NCBI GenBank assembly: GCA_963716745.1
Contig: OY970320.1
Coordinates: forward strand, 1,312,001 to 1,376,000
DNA length: 64,000 nucleotides
Origin: an uncultured Gemmatimonadaceae bacterium
GTDB lineage: Bacteria > Gemmatimonadota > Gemmatimonadetes > Gemmatimonadales > Gemmatimonadaceae
Direction: 5' to 3'
The notes under the pieces were generated by a model that was not told where the DNA came from, searched no databases, and saw only the letters and a list, made by a program, of their open reading frames with translations. A program made the position numbers and the translations under genes. Shown here one piece after another: positions 31,448 through 42,099 of the stretch (within the stretch, counting starts at the first letter, position 1; every line of letters begins with the position of its first letter).

Positions 31448-32311
31448 ATGGAGCGTTTTTCGCATCGAGTCCGCGCAAAGGCGACGCCGAAGGCAATTCA
31501 ACTGGAGGCCATGGACGAAGCGCTCCGCGCAAGCCTTTGGAATGAATTGCTTGTTCGTTTCGGGGGCGTAAATCCCACTTGGGACCGAGCAGCGCTCTTT
31601 CTCGCGAGAGATACTATTCAAGACGCCAATCGACGACCTCCCGCCGACTATCGGCGGTGCGCAAATCTGGCTGCGTACACGATTTTTCAATGCGGAGTGG
31701 CATGAAGCGTACGACATGTTGGAGTTCTTGGTGCGGTGGGTCGATTCCATATGTGATCGACCATCTATCTTCACCACCTATTACCAAAGTCAGGCGGTAC
31801 AATTTATCGAGAGTGTGAACGAACTACTCGCCCGTGAACTCTCCGGATATCGGTTTATCCGTGGAGCTTTGGTGCCGATAGCAAGTCCCGTTGAAATATC
31901 TGCGATTGAAAGCGCGCTCCGATCATCGTTGGAGTTCAAGATTCTTGGCGCACACGAGCATATCGCCGCAGCTCTTGAGTGCATCTCTCGCAAACCGGTG
32001 CCTGATTATCGAAATTCAATCAAAGAGAGTATCTCAGCAGTAGAGGCGGCAGTAAATATTATCGCAAAAGGCTCGGGAAGTGGCGTCTCCGAAGCAATCG
32101 ACAAGATTGCCGAAAGAGTCGAGATTCATCGAGCGCTCAAGGCAGCGATAAAGCAGCTATATGGGTACACGAGCGATGCTGACGGATTCGCCACGCGATC
32201 ATGGAGCAGTCAACGGTGGGATACGATGAGGCCAAGTTCATGCTTGTCGCCTGCGCCGCCTTTGTGAATTTCTTTGTCGGCAAGGCAAATTCCGCTGGCC
32301 TTATCACCTAG
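31448..32311 (+). CDS. AbiJ-NTD4-like putative abortive-infection protein (frameshifts near 31608 and 32185)
   Basis: RFSHR...IQLEAMDEALRASLWN, WHEAYDMLEF, PDYRNSIKESISAVE, LYGYTSDADG/IRHA...EAKFMLVACAAFVNF reconstructed across three frames; GGAGGG RBS. Confidence 0.8.
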
Positions 32312-32485
32312 TACGCCCGTCCAGGTTTCCGCAACCTGTTCTTGCGAATGCGTATTCCAGTAATACCGAAGATCACGCAATCCTGAGCCTCGAGGGAACC
32401 GCCACTCTCGGCCGGAGCGCACGCCCCTGTCAGGTCAGGCGCTAATGCCACTCCAGGATCGCCACGCCCCCGATTGAAGGCGTTC

Positions 32486-34332
32486 CTACTCCACCGTCAC
32501 CGACTTCGCCAAATTCCTCGGCTGGTCCACGTTCGCCCCGCGCTTCACGGCAATGTAGTACGCCAACAGCTGCAGCGGCACCGATGACAGGATCGGCGTG
32601 AACATGTCGATGGTCTCGGGGATCCGAATCTCATAGTCCAGCTTCCCCGCCAGCGCCGGCTCGTCGCGGCTCGTGATCGCGATCACCCGCCCGCCGCGCG
32701 CTTTCACCTCCTGGATGTTCGACACGACCTTGTCGAACACGCTGTCGTGCGGCGCGATGAATACCACCGGCATGTTGTCGTCGATCAGCGCGATCGGGCC
32801 GTGCTTCATCTCGGCCGCCGGATAGCCCTCGGCGTGGATGTACGAAATTTCCTTGAGCTTCAAGCGCGCCCTCGAGCGCCGCCGGGAAATTGTAGCCGCG
32901 GCCCAGGTACAAGAAGTTGCTGACGGTCTTGAACTCCTCGGCGATCTTCTCGATCATCGGCGCGCGATCCAGGATCTCCTTGATCTTCCCCGGCAGCGCG
33001 TGCATCGCCTTCGCGATCCGCTGCCCGTCCAGCGCCGGCAGTCCGCGCAGCCGCGCCAATTTCAACGTGAACAGCGCCAGCGCGGTCACTTGGCACGTGA
33101 ACGCTTTCGTAGACGCGACGCCGATCTCCGGCCCCGCGTGCACGTAGATACCGCCGTCGTCCTCACGCGCGATGGTCTGACCCACGACGTTCACGATCCC
33201 CAGCGCCCGCGCGCCGCGCTGCTGCGCTTCGCGCATCGCGGCCAGCGTGTCCGCCGTCTCGCCCGACTGCGACATCACGATGCACAGCGTGCGATCGGTG
33301 ATGATCGGATTCCGGTAGCGGAACTCCGACGCGTACTCCACTTCCACCGGGATCCGCGCCAGCTCTTCGAGCATGAACTCGCCGATGAGCGCCGAGTGCC
33401 AGCTGGTGCCGCAGGCGGTGATCACGATGTTGTCGAACTCGAGCAGCTGCTCGTCGGTGATGTTCAATCCGCCGAGCTTCACGTCGCCTTCATCGTCGAG
33501 GATGCGGCCGCGCATGGTGTTCTCGATGCTCGCGGGCTGCTCGAAGATCTCCTTGAGCATGAAGTGCGCGTAGCCGCCGCGCTCGATCTGGTCGAGGTCC
33601 CAATCGATGGAACTCACCGCGCGATTGAGCGGCGCGGCATTCATGTCCATCACGCGATAGCCGTGCCGCTCGAGCACGGCGAGGTCGCCGTCGTTCAGGT
33701 AGATGACCTGGCGCGTGTGCGCGAGAATGGCAGAGACATCGCTCGCGATGAAGTACTCGCCGTCGCCGAGTCCTACGAGAAGGGGAGAGCCTTTGCGCGC
33801 CGCGACGATCTTGCTCGGGTCCTTGGCGCTGAGCACGGCGATGCCGTAGGTGCCCTCGACCTTTCGCAGCGCTTCGATCACCGCTTCCTCGAGAGTGATC
33901 TTGTGGCCGTCGGCGGGCTTCAAGAATTCCTCCACGAGATGCGCGAGGACTTCGGTGTCGGTGTCGCTCGTGAATTTGTGGCCGAGGTCCTCGAGGGCCT
34001 TTGCGAAGCGCCATGCCGTTCTCGATGATGCCGTTGTGCACGACCGCGATGTTGTTGTCGCAGCTCATCTGCGGGTGCGCGTTCACGAAGTTCGGCGCGC
34101 CGTGGGTGGCCCAGCGGGTGTGGGCGATGCCGATGGTTCCGCTGACGGGCTCTTTCTCGATGGTCTTCTCTAATTGCGAGATCTTTCCGGGGGCTTTACG
34201 GACCTGCATGCCTTTGCCGTTCACGAGCGCGACGCCGGCGCTGTCGTAGCCGCGATACTCGAGTCTTTTTAGGCCCTCGATCAGGAAGGGCTGGGCGGCG
34301 CGGGGGCCAATGTAACCGACGATACCACACAT
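32486..34332 (-). CDS. glmS: Glutamine--fructose-6-phosphate aminotransferase (frameshifts near 34002 and 32862)
   Basis: [35 protein letters not shown]. Confidence 0.97.
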
Positions 34333-34403
34333 ATTCGACTCTGGGATCGGGAACCGGTTACCGGGAACCGGTGATGAATGACAACGAATTCCTGAACGAC
34401 CAA

Positions 34404-35768
34404 CTACGCCAAGCTATCGAGAGGCTTTCGAGCTCTTGCGATCAAACTCCTGGCTTCTTTTTCGGTCGGCGCCTCGGCGATCACTCGCACTATGGGCTCG
34501 GTGCCGCTCGGTCTGATATGCACCCAGCGGTCGGGCCAGGCTAGGCGGAGACCATCCTGGGTATCGCTCTCGGCGTCCGCGAATTCCTTCTTCAGCGCGG
34601 CATAGACCTTGTCGAGCTTCGCTTTGGGACGGTCGAGTTTGTCCTTCACGATCGCGTACACGGGATAGCGGCCCACGATAGCGGACAGCTTTTCGTCATC
34701 CTCGGCCATCATTTGCAAGATGAGGGCCACGGCGACCGGGGCGTCGCGGCCGAGGTGCAGTTCGTTCAGAATGACGCCGCCGTTCCCCTCCCCGCCGATC
34801 GCCGCCTTCTCCTCGCGCATGCGCACCGCGACGTTCACCTCGCCCACGGGCGCGCGAATGGCCTTGTAGCCCGCCTCGGCGGCCACGTCGTCCATGATGC
34901 GGCTCGTGCTGAGATTCACCACCAGCGGGCCCTCGCGCGAGCGGAGCACCAGCCGGGCGGCGAGCGCGAGCGTCCAATCCTCGCCGATCGCTTTGCCCTC
35001 GTCGCTCACGATCGCGAGACGGTCGACATCGGGATCCGTCGCGAAGCCGACGTCGGCCTTGGCCTTGAGCACGAGCTTCTCGAGTTCGCCGAGGTTCGCG
35101 GCCACCGGCTCGGGCGCACGGGGGAATCTGCCGTCCGTCTCGAGATTGATCGCTGTGACCGTGCAGCCGAGCCGCTGCAACAGCTGCGGCAGGATCACAC
35201 CGCCGGCGCCGCGCACGCAGTCGAGCGCGACTTTGAATTTCCGCAGGCGAATGGCCGGCACATCGATGAGTTTCAACGCGAGCACCGCGCCGATATGCCG
35301 TTCAACGGCGTCGGGGTCCACCGTGACCGTGCCGAGCTGGTCCCACGTGGCGCGCGGCGCGACGCCATCGGCCAGCTTGCGCATCTCCGTGCTATCGACC
35401 GAGTCGAGAAAAAGCCCACTCGGCCCGATGAATTTCAGCGCGTTCCACTCGATCGGATTGTGGCTCGCCGTGATCGCGAGCCCGCCGGCCGCGTGATGGT
35501 ATTCCACTGCGAGCTGGATCGTGGGCGTGGGCGCGATGCCCACGTCGATCACGTTCGCGCCCACACTCTGCAGCGCCGCGACCGTTGCGCGATGAAACAT
35601 CGGCCCCGACACACGTGAGTCACGCCCGACCACCACGCTGCGGCTCTCGCCGGTGGCGATCGCCCACGCCCCGAAGCCCGCCGCATAGCGCGCGACGACC
35701 TCCGGCGTGAGCCCTTCCGCCACTCGCCCGCGCACCCCGGACACGCTCACCATCAACCGATCGTCCAC
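34404..35768 (-). CDS. glmM: Phosphoglucosamine mutase / phosphohexomutase
   Basis: ITASHNP, DPDVDR, GGEGNGG, RPSGTEP; adjacent to glmS; GTG 35768 after GGGGAG. Confidence 0.85.
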   Translation of the reverse strand: MDDRLMVSVSGVRGRVAEGLTPEVVARYAAGFGAWAIATGESRSVVVGRDSRVSGPMFHRATVAALQSVGANVIDVGIAPTPTIQLAVEYHHAAGGLAITASHNPIEWNALKFIGPSGLFLDSVDSTEMRKLADGVAPRATWDQLGTVTVDPDAVERHIGAVLALKLIDVPAIRLRKFKVALDCVRGAGGVILPQLLQRLGCTVTAINLETDGRFPRAPEPVAANLGELEKLVLKAKADVGFATDPDVDRLAIVSDEGKAIGEDWTLALAARLVLRSREGPLVVNLSTSRIMDDVAAEAGYKAIRAPVGEVNVAVRMREEKAAIGGEGNGGVILNELHLGRDAPVAVALILQMMAEDDEKLSAIVGRYPVYAIVKDKLDRPKAKLDKVYAALKKEFADAESDTQDGLRLAWPDRWVHIRPSGTEPIVRVIAEAPTEKEARSLIARARKPLDSLA

Positions 35769-35922
35769 ACTCTCCCCTATGAAAGCCGCTCCGGAAGCTA
35801 GCCCGCCGTGAATGACAATCAAGCCGCGCCGAGGTTTCGGAGGCGCCAAGGAATTCGTCTATAGAGGAGCCGCATTTGCGCATCCCGCGGCGCTTCCCGC
35901 TTCCCGCTTCCCGAGTAGTTAA

Positions 35923-37656
35923 TTGGCTCTTCGCCGCTCGCTCAACCGCCTGCCCCTCAGATGGAAGATGACGATCATTAGCGCGGCCGCCGTTCTGGCC
36001 ACGCTCGTGCTCGTCCTCACGCCCGTGTACCTCGCGAGCCGCTCCACCCTCACCACGCTCAACGCCCAGCGGCTGAGCGCGATCGCCGCCAGCGCCGCTG
36101 TCTCGATCCCCGCGAGCGCCGTGGATTCCATCGCCGCACACGGCCGCAGCACCGCCGCCTTCGTACGCACGCGCGAGACGATGAGCCGCATGTGGACCGC
36201 GAACGGCGGCGACGTGAGCGAACTCACGAACGGCATCTCGCTCGTTAAATCCACGGGCTTCCAGTACGAATACCTCGCGCATTCGTCGTGGATCGCGGGG
36301 CAGCCGCAGTACAGCCAACTCTGGACGGCGCCCGCCGGCCTCGCCGATTCGCTCGCCGCGGGGCACGCGGGCGCTAGCGGCATCTACGACGGCGAAGGCG
36401 GACGCGAACTCGCCGCCGCCGCGCCCGTGTTGCGCGCCGACGGTACGCCCGCGGGCTTCGTCGTGGTCACGCTCAATGCCGAAGATTTCCTGGCCCGCCT
36501 CGCGCGGATCTTCCTCGAGGTCGCGCCCATTCCGCTGCTCATCCTGCTCGGCGCGCTCTTCGTGAGCATCGTCGTGGCGCGCAAGGTCACGGCGGGCATC
36601 GACATCGTGGTCGAGCATGCGCAGGAAGTCGCGCGCGGGAATCTTCGCCACGACATCAGCTACAGCAGTGGCGACGAGATCGGCGAACTTGCCGACGCGT
36701 TCCGGCAGATGACCGCCGGCCTGCGCGAGCTGCTGCGCGACGTGGAGGCGGGCGCGAGCGAAGTGGCCGCCACCGCCGACCAGCTCGCCGCCGGCGCGCA
36801 GGAGATGAGCGCGAGCACGCAGCAGGTGTCGGGCGCCGCGCAGACGATCGCGAGTTCGGCCACGCAGCAGACCACGGGCATCCAGAACATCGTGGCCGTG
36901 TCGAGCCGCGTGGCGACTCGCGCGCACGACGTGGCGCAGCACGCTACCCGCGCTCAGCAGGCCGCCGACACGGTGACGCATTCGGCGAAACGCGCCGCGA
37001 GCGCCGCCGAGGCGGGGCTGCAGAGCATGTCGAATATCTCGAGCGTGACGAGCGAAGCCGTGCCCGCCGTCGCCGAGCTTACCGAGAAATCCGTGCGCAT
37101 CTCGCAGATCACCGATACCATCGCGGCGATCTCACGGCAGACCAACCTGCTCGCGCTCAACGCCGCGATCGAAGCGGCGCGCGCGGGCGAGCACGGTCGC
37201 GGCTTCGCGGTGGTCGCCGAGGAAGTGCGTAAACTCGCGAAGGAATCGGGACGCGCGCTGGAGATCATCCGTCAGCTCGCCGATGAGATGCAGCGTGTGT
37301 CGTCGCGTATGTCCGAGCGCATCACGGACGTGAGCGCCAGCGTGGGCGCCGGCGAGGCGGTGATCCGCGCGAGCACCGGCACGCTCACGCAGATCGCGGC
37401 CGAGATCGAGGGGAGCCGCGAAGCCGTGGCGCGCATCGCCGAGCTCACGAACGCGCAGAAACGCGAATCGGAGACGCTCGCGAAGGAGATCGAGGCGGTG
37501 AGCATCGTCGCCGAGCAGAACGCGAGCACGAGCGAGCAGGTGAGCGCCGTGGTGCAGGAGCAGACGGCGAGCATGGAGCACATCACGGAATCGAGCCAGC
37601 ACTTGGCGGACATCGCCACACGGCTCAAGGGAGTGATGACGCGCTTCGAGCTGTGA
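35923..37656 (+). CDS. Methyl-accepting chemotaxis protein (2 TM, periplasmic sensor, HAMP)
   Basis: [44 protein letters not shown]. Confidence 0.95.
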   Translation: MALRRSLNRLPLRWKMTIISAAAVLATLVLVLTPVYLASRSTLTTLNAQRLSAIAASAAVSIPASAVDSIAAHGRSTAAFVRTRETMSRMWTANGGDVSELTNGISLVKSTGFQYEYLAHSSWIAGQPQYSQLWTAPAGLADSLAAGHAGASGIYDGEGGRELAAAAPVLRADGTPAGFVVVTLNAEDFLARLARIFLEVAPIPLLILLGALFVSIVVARKVTAGIDIVVEHAQEVARGNLRHDISYSSGDEIGELADAFRQMTAGLRELLRDVEAGASEVAATADQLAAGAQEMSASTQQVSGAAQTIASSATQQTTGIQNIVAVSSRVATRAHDVAQHATRAQQAADTVTHSAKRAASAAEAGLQSMSNISSVTSEAVPAVAELTEKSVRISQITDTIAAISRQTNLLALNAAIEAARAGEHGRGFAVVAEEVRKLAKESGRALEIIRQLADEMQRVSSRMSERITDVSASVGAGEAVIRASTGTLTQIAAEIEGSREAVARIAELTNAQKRESETLAKEIEAVSIVAEQNASTSEQVSAVVQEQTASMEHITESSQHLADIATRLKGVMTRFEL

Positions 37657-39044
37657 GCGATCCGCTGGCGCTGGTGCCGCTGGCGGCCGCGGCGCGCGCC
37701 GGGCAAGTGGATGGGATCGCCGCACGATCGTTGGTGGCCGCGGGAGTGACACTTCTCCAGCGCAGCGCGCCGCTCGTGCGGGCGCTCAGCGGAAAACGGT
37801 CGGCATTGCTGCTCCCAACTTCACCCGCTTTTCTCGTGGCACTCGCCGCAAGCGACGGGCGCGGCGCGGTGTTCGTGAATCCGCTCGCCGCGCCGGCGGA
37901 AATCGAGTATCAGCTTCGCGACGCGAACGTGGGGGTCGTGTTCACCATCTCGGCGTTCGAGAAAAAGCTGCCCGCGGGATTCCCTCGCGTGTTGTTGGAC
38001 GATGCGCCATCGCACGCGCGCGTCGTGATCAACAGCACCGATCGCGCGATCGATCTCGGCGCGCACAGCGGACTCGCGCTCGAAGGCGAGATGGATGCGC
38101 CGGGGCGCGACGAGGAGGCCGCGATCGTCTACACCAGCGCGATGGCCGGCACCATGCTCGGTGCGATCCTCACGCACCGGAACCTGCTGGCGAACGCACA
38201 TTCGTGCGTGGAGGCGATCACGTTGAGCGAACGCACCGTATCGCTCGCGGTGCTGCCGCTCGCGCATCTGTTCGGATTCACCGTCACCCTCATGGCGCCG
38301 CTGTTGGCGGGCGGCCGCGTGGTGACCCTGCCCCGCTACAATCCGCTAAAGGCGCTGGAATTGATCCGCGATGAACGCGTGACTTTGATCTGCGGCGTGC
38401 CGAGCGTGTTCTACGGCTTGCTGGCCGCCCTCGAGCGCGACGGCGGCGAGCTGAGTTCTCTCGAGGAGTGTCTCTGCGGCGGCGCGCCACTCGCGATCCA
38501 GCTGCAGGAACGTTGGGAGCGCGCGACCGGCGTGCCGCTGCGACAGGGCTACGGTCTCACCGAAGGCGGCCCCGTCTGTCTATTCAATCGCCCGTCACAG
38601 CCGAACCGCCTCGGCACCCTCGGCACCCATTTCCCCGGCGTGGAAGTCGCGATCCACAAGGGCGAGATCTGCATCCGCGGCGAGAACGTGTTCCCCGGCT
38701 ACGTGAGCGGCGGCGAGCACGGCCTGCAAGTGAACGACGGCTGGCTGCACACCGGCGATCGCGGCAGCATCGATCGCGATGGCGTCGTCACGTTCACCGG
38801 CATCATCAAGCCGATGTTCACGCGCAACGGGTTCAATATCTACCCGCACGAGATCGAACGCGTCGTGCGCGAGATGCCGGGCGTGAAGTCGGTGAAAGTG
38901 CGCGCGATCCCCGAGCCCTCGCGCGAGAATGATATCGCGCTCGAGATCGTAGGCTCCGTCACCGAGGGCGACGTAAAGAATTGGTGCGCGACGCGGCTAT
39001 CGCAGTACAAACAGCCCAGCGAGATCGCGATCCTCGCGTCGTAA
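37653..39044 (+). CDS. AMP-binding (acyl-CoA synthetase-like) protein with degenerate motifs
   Basis: [21 protein letters not shown] present; P-loop reads [11 protein letters not shown]. Confidence 0.85.
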   Translation: MSDPLALVPLAAAARAGQVDGIAARSLVAAGVTLLQRSAPLVRALSGKRSALLLPTSPAFLVALAASDGRGAVFVNPLAAPAEIEYQLRDANVGVVFTISAFEKKLPAGFPRVLLDDAPSHARVVINSTDRAIDLGAHSGLALEGEMDAPGRDEEAAIVYTSAMAGTMLGAILTHRNLLANAHSCVEAITLSERTVSLAVLPLAHLFGFTVTLMAPLLAGGRVVTLPRYNPLKALELIRDERVTLICGVPSVFYGLLAALERDGGELSSLEECLCGGAPLAIQLQERWERATGVPLRQGYGLTEGGPVCLFNRPSQPNRLGTLGTHFPGVEVAIHKGEICIRGENVFPGYVSGGEHGLQVNDGWLHTGDRGSIDRDGVVTFTGIIKPMFTRNGFNIYPHEIERVVREMPGVKSVKVRAIPEPSRENDIALEIVGSVTEGDVKNWCATRLSQYKQPSEIAILAS

Positions 39045-39057
39045 CATGCCGCGGCAC

Positions 39058-39567
39058 CTAGACGCCGAAGTACACCTTGAGCCGAGAAAAGTCCTGAGTG
39101 AAGACGAACATTGCTCTCCACTCGTCCCTGGCATCGAGCGGGTCTTCGACGACGTAGACATCGCCAATTCGCAAGACAAGCACCGCCCGCACGGTCCATG
39201 GCGGTGCGCCTCGCGCGACCAGCGCCTCGTACTCTCGATTTATCGCGACGAGCGCAGCGCTGCAAACCGCCTTGTCCTTCACGACCATCACAGCGCTCGG
39301 GGGCACCGACGGAAGACTATCGTGCAACCGTGAGTCATGTAGCAGGGAGTCTCTGAGGCGGACTTGCTCTGCGGTGCGAACGCCATCGCCCGTGCCTGAT
39401 AAGGGCTGGGTCGAGTCGAACGTCTCAGAGACGATCTCTCGGACGCGATCGATCTCGCCCTGCGCCGAGGATGCGGGAACGCATGGATTACGCGCGCCGT
39501 CGAACGAATACTGGCTCGCGGCTAGAATCACCAACATCACGGCCACGCCACTACTAGTTGATGGCAT
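39058..39567 (-). CDS. Hypothetical exported protein, atypical codon usage
   Basis: Hydrophobic N-terminus; fills the gap between the ligase-like gene and a palindromic element. Confidence 0.5.
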   Translation of the reverse strand: MPSTSSGVAVMLVILAASQYSFDGARNPCVPASSAQGEIDRVREIVSETFDSTQPLSGTGDGVRTAEQVRLRDSLLHDSRLHDSLPSVPPSAVMVVKDKAVCSAALVAINREYEALVARGAPPWTVRAVLVLRIGDVYVVEDPLDARDEWRAMFVFTQDFSRLKVYFGV

Positions 39568-39596
39568 AGTTGCGCCGGGCTGAGTTCATGCAGCAC

Positions 39597-39811
39597 GACT
39601 GAGATCACGGTTCACGTTTGAACGCGGATCGGACGGATGGAACGGATGAGAGGGAAACCGCATCGATGTCTCAAAGTCGCGATCGAACAAACCGCTTCTG
39701 TTGTTAACAGCAAAAGCTGTTGTCGAATAAGCTTTGTGCCCTTCACGCGGTCTCCGTCCAATCCGTTCCATCCGTCAAATCCGCGTTCAAACATGAACCG
39801 TGATTACAGTC
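39597..39811. repeat. ~215-bp palindromic intergenic element (family A, second member)
   Basis: Arms 39604-39647 and 39761-39804 pair at 41/44; central TGTTGTT|AACAGCA at 39705/39706. Confidence 0.95.
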
Positions 39812-39817
39812 GCGCCA

Positions 39818-40870
39818 CTAGGTAGATCGCTGCGACTCCGAAACGAATAGCTCTCCGCGGTAAGCGACGTCCACGAACGCATCCACCACCTGCGGATCGA
39901 ACTGGGATCCCGCGCCGGCCCTCAATTCCGCCAAAGTGTCATCGAACTCCAGCCCGCCCCGATACGGCCGCTTCGACATCATCGCATCGAACGCATCCGC
40001 CACGGCAATGATGCGCGCTTCCACGGGAATATCTGTACCACCGAGCCGATCCGGCACGCCAGTCCCATCCACTCGCTCATGATGATGCCGCACCACATTC
40101 AGCGGCACCGGATTATCCGCCAGCAGCGGCCGCAGGATCCGCCAGCCGAGCAGCGGATGCGTCATGATGTGCTCGTACTCCTCGTCCGTCAGCGGCCCGC
40201 GCTTGTTCAGCACGTCCTCCCGCACGCCGATCTTCCCCACATCATGGAGATGCCCGCCGAGCTCGATGCTCTTCACCAGCTCCACTTCCATCCCCAACTC
40301 ACGCGCTGTGACCGATCCCAACTGGCTCACCCGCACCGAATGCCCGCGCGTGTACGGGTCCTTCAGCTCAAGCGCGTCCGCCAGCGACTGGATCCCCGCC
40401 AGGAATAACGATTCCAGCCGGTCCTGCTGCACCTTCACCTTGTCCTCGAGCCGCAGCTGGTAATCCTTGTTCTCCAGCAGCAGCCGCCGCTTCTCCATCG
40501 CCTGCGCCACGCGCGCGCGCACTTCGTCTATGAGAAAGGGCTTCGTGATGTAGTCCATCGCGCCCATCGAGAGACAACTCACCGCCACATCCACCTCCGC
40601 CACCGCGGTGATCATCATCATCGCCATCTCCGGATACCGCGCGCGCACCTCGCGCAGCAGCTCCGGCCCGCTCATCTCCGGCATGCGCACGTCGCTCAGC
40701 ACGAGCGCGATCGGCTCGCTGTCGAGCACGTCGAGCGCCACGGAGCCGGAACTCGCCTCGAAGCACGTGAACCCCTCGCCCTGCATCACGCGCTTGAGCG
40801 CGCTGCGGAGCGACGGCTCGTCGTCCACGATCAGACAACGCCGCTCCAGCTCCGCGGCCGGGTGCGTCAT
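39818..40870 (-). CDS. Response regulator with HD-GYP phosphodiesterase domain
   Basis: REC domain (VDDE, DVRMP, KPF); HDVGKIG, HHERVDGTGVP, ADAFDAM, RPYR. Confidence 0.92.
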   Translation of the reverse strand: MTHPAAELERRCLIVDDEPSLRSALKRVMQGEGFTCFEASSGSVALDVLDSEPIALVLSDVRMPEMSGPELLREVRARYPEMAMMMITAVAEVDVAVSCLSMGAMDYITKPFLIDEVRARVAQAMEKRRLLLENKDYQLRLEDKVKVQQDRLESLFLAGIQSLADALELKDPYTRGHSVRVSQLGSVTARELGMEVELVKSIELGGHLHDVGKIGVREDVLNKRGPLTDEEYEHIMTHPLLGWRILRPLLADNPVPLNVVRHHHERVDGTGVPDRLGGTDIPVEARIIAVADAFDAMMSKRPYRGGLEFDDTLAELRAGAGSQFDPQVVDAFVDVAYRGELFVSESQRST

Positions 40871-40915
40871 GCGGCGACCCGCGCTAGATTCCGCTCACTC
40901 ATTCCCATTCTCCGA

Positions 40916-42085
40916 ATGACCAAAGTCTTCGACGACGATCTGAACAAAGGCTTCGGCACCCGCGCCATTCACGCCGGGCAGCGCCCCGATCCCATGAGCG
41001 GCGCGATCATGCCGCCGATCTATCAGACGTCCACGTACGTGCAGCAAGGCCTTGGCGAGCACAAAGGCTACGAGTACGCGCGCACGCAGAATCCCACGCG
41101 CGAAGCGCTCGAACGGAACGTAGCGGCGCTGGAAGGTGCGCGCCACGGCCTCGCCTTCTCGAGCGGCGTGGCTTCTGTGGATTCCTTAATGAAGCTTTTC
41201 AAATCCGGCGACCACATCGTCTGCGGCGCGAACGTCTACGGCGGCACCTTCCGCCTCTTCGACAAGATCTACCGCAACTTCGGCGTCGATTTCACTTTCG
41301 TCGACGCGCGCGATCCGCAGAAGATCGCCGACGCCTGCACCAAGAAAACGGTCGCGATCCTCGTCGAGACGCCGACGAATCCGCTCATGTGGATCACGGA
41401 CATCCGCGCCGCCGCCGAGGTCGCGCACAAAGCGAACGCGCTCCTCATAGTCGACAACACCTTCGCGACGCCCTTCTTCCAGCGCCCGATAGAACTCGGC
41501 GCGGACATCGTCTTCCACTCCACCACGAAATACCTCAACGGCCACAGCGACATGGTGGGCGGCATCGTGCTGCTCAACGACGACGACCTCGCCGCGCGCA
41601 TGCACTTCATCCAGAACGGCGCCGGCGCGGTGCCCGGCCCCTTCGATTGCTGGCTCGCGCTGCGCGGCACGAAAACGCTGCACCTCCGCATGCCGCGCCA
41701 CGAGTCCAACGGCCGAGCCGTCGCCGAATGGCTCGCGAAGAGACTTGGGCCGGAGCGCGTGATCTATCCGGGACTGCCGAGCCACCCGCAGTACGCGCTC
41801 GCGAAGAAGCAGATGTGCGGCATTCCCGGCATGATCAGCGTGGAGACGGGCTCCAAGGCGAAAGCCGACGAAGTGCTGCGCCGCACGCGAATCTTTTCCC
41901 TCGCTGAATCGTTGGGTGGAGTAGAGAGCCTGATCAGTCATCCCGCGTCGATGACGCACGCCTCCGTGCCGATCGAGCAGCGCACCGAGATGGGCATCAC
42001 CGAGGGACTGATCCGCCTCTCGTGCGGCGTGGAAGACGTGGCCGACCTCCTGGCCGACGTCGAGCACGCTTTCAAAGTTCTCTGA
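40916..42085 (+). CDS. metB: Cystathionine gamma-synthase/lyase
   Basis: YARTQNPTR, ETPTNP, DNTFATP, HSTTKYLNGHSD, AESLGGVESL. Confidence 0.85.
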   Translation: MTKVFDDDLNKGFGTRAIHAGQRPDPMSGAIMPPIYQTSTYVQQGLGEHKGYEYARTQNPTREALERNVAALEGARHGLAFSSGVASVDSLMKLFKSGDHIVCGANVYGGTFRLFDKIYRNFGVDFTFVDARDPQKIADACTKKTVAILVETPTNPLMWITDIRAAAEVAHKANALLIVDNTFATPFFQRPIELGADIVFHSTTKYLNGHSDMVGGIVLLNDDDLAARMHFIQNGAGAVPGPFDCWLALRGTKTLHLRMPRHESNGRAVAEWLAKRLGPERVIYPGLPSHPQYALAKKQMCGIPGMISVETGSKAKADEVLRRTRIFSLAESLGGVESLISHPASMTHASVPIEQRTEMGITEGLIRLSCGVEDVADLLADVEHAFKVL

Positions 42086-42099
42086 GACCGGAGCGTTCC

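Noticed and set aside
32312..32485. Tn7 end at attTn7 downstream of glmS
   Set aside because: No terminal TGT/ACA at the expected distance, no repeated TnsB sites and no tns genes; only a small hairpin (ACGCCCCC-GATT-GAAGGCGT) that may be a terminator
32486..34332. Programmed frameshifting or true pseudogenisation of glmS and other genes
   Set aside because: No consistent slippery sites, an essential gene is affected, and breaks are scattered through the window; sequencing indels are more parsimonious
34333..34403. glmS ribozyme upstream of glmS
   Set aside because: Gap is only about 70 bp and shows no recognisable ribozyme core; it contains only a short CGGGAACCGGT duplication
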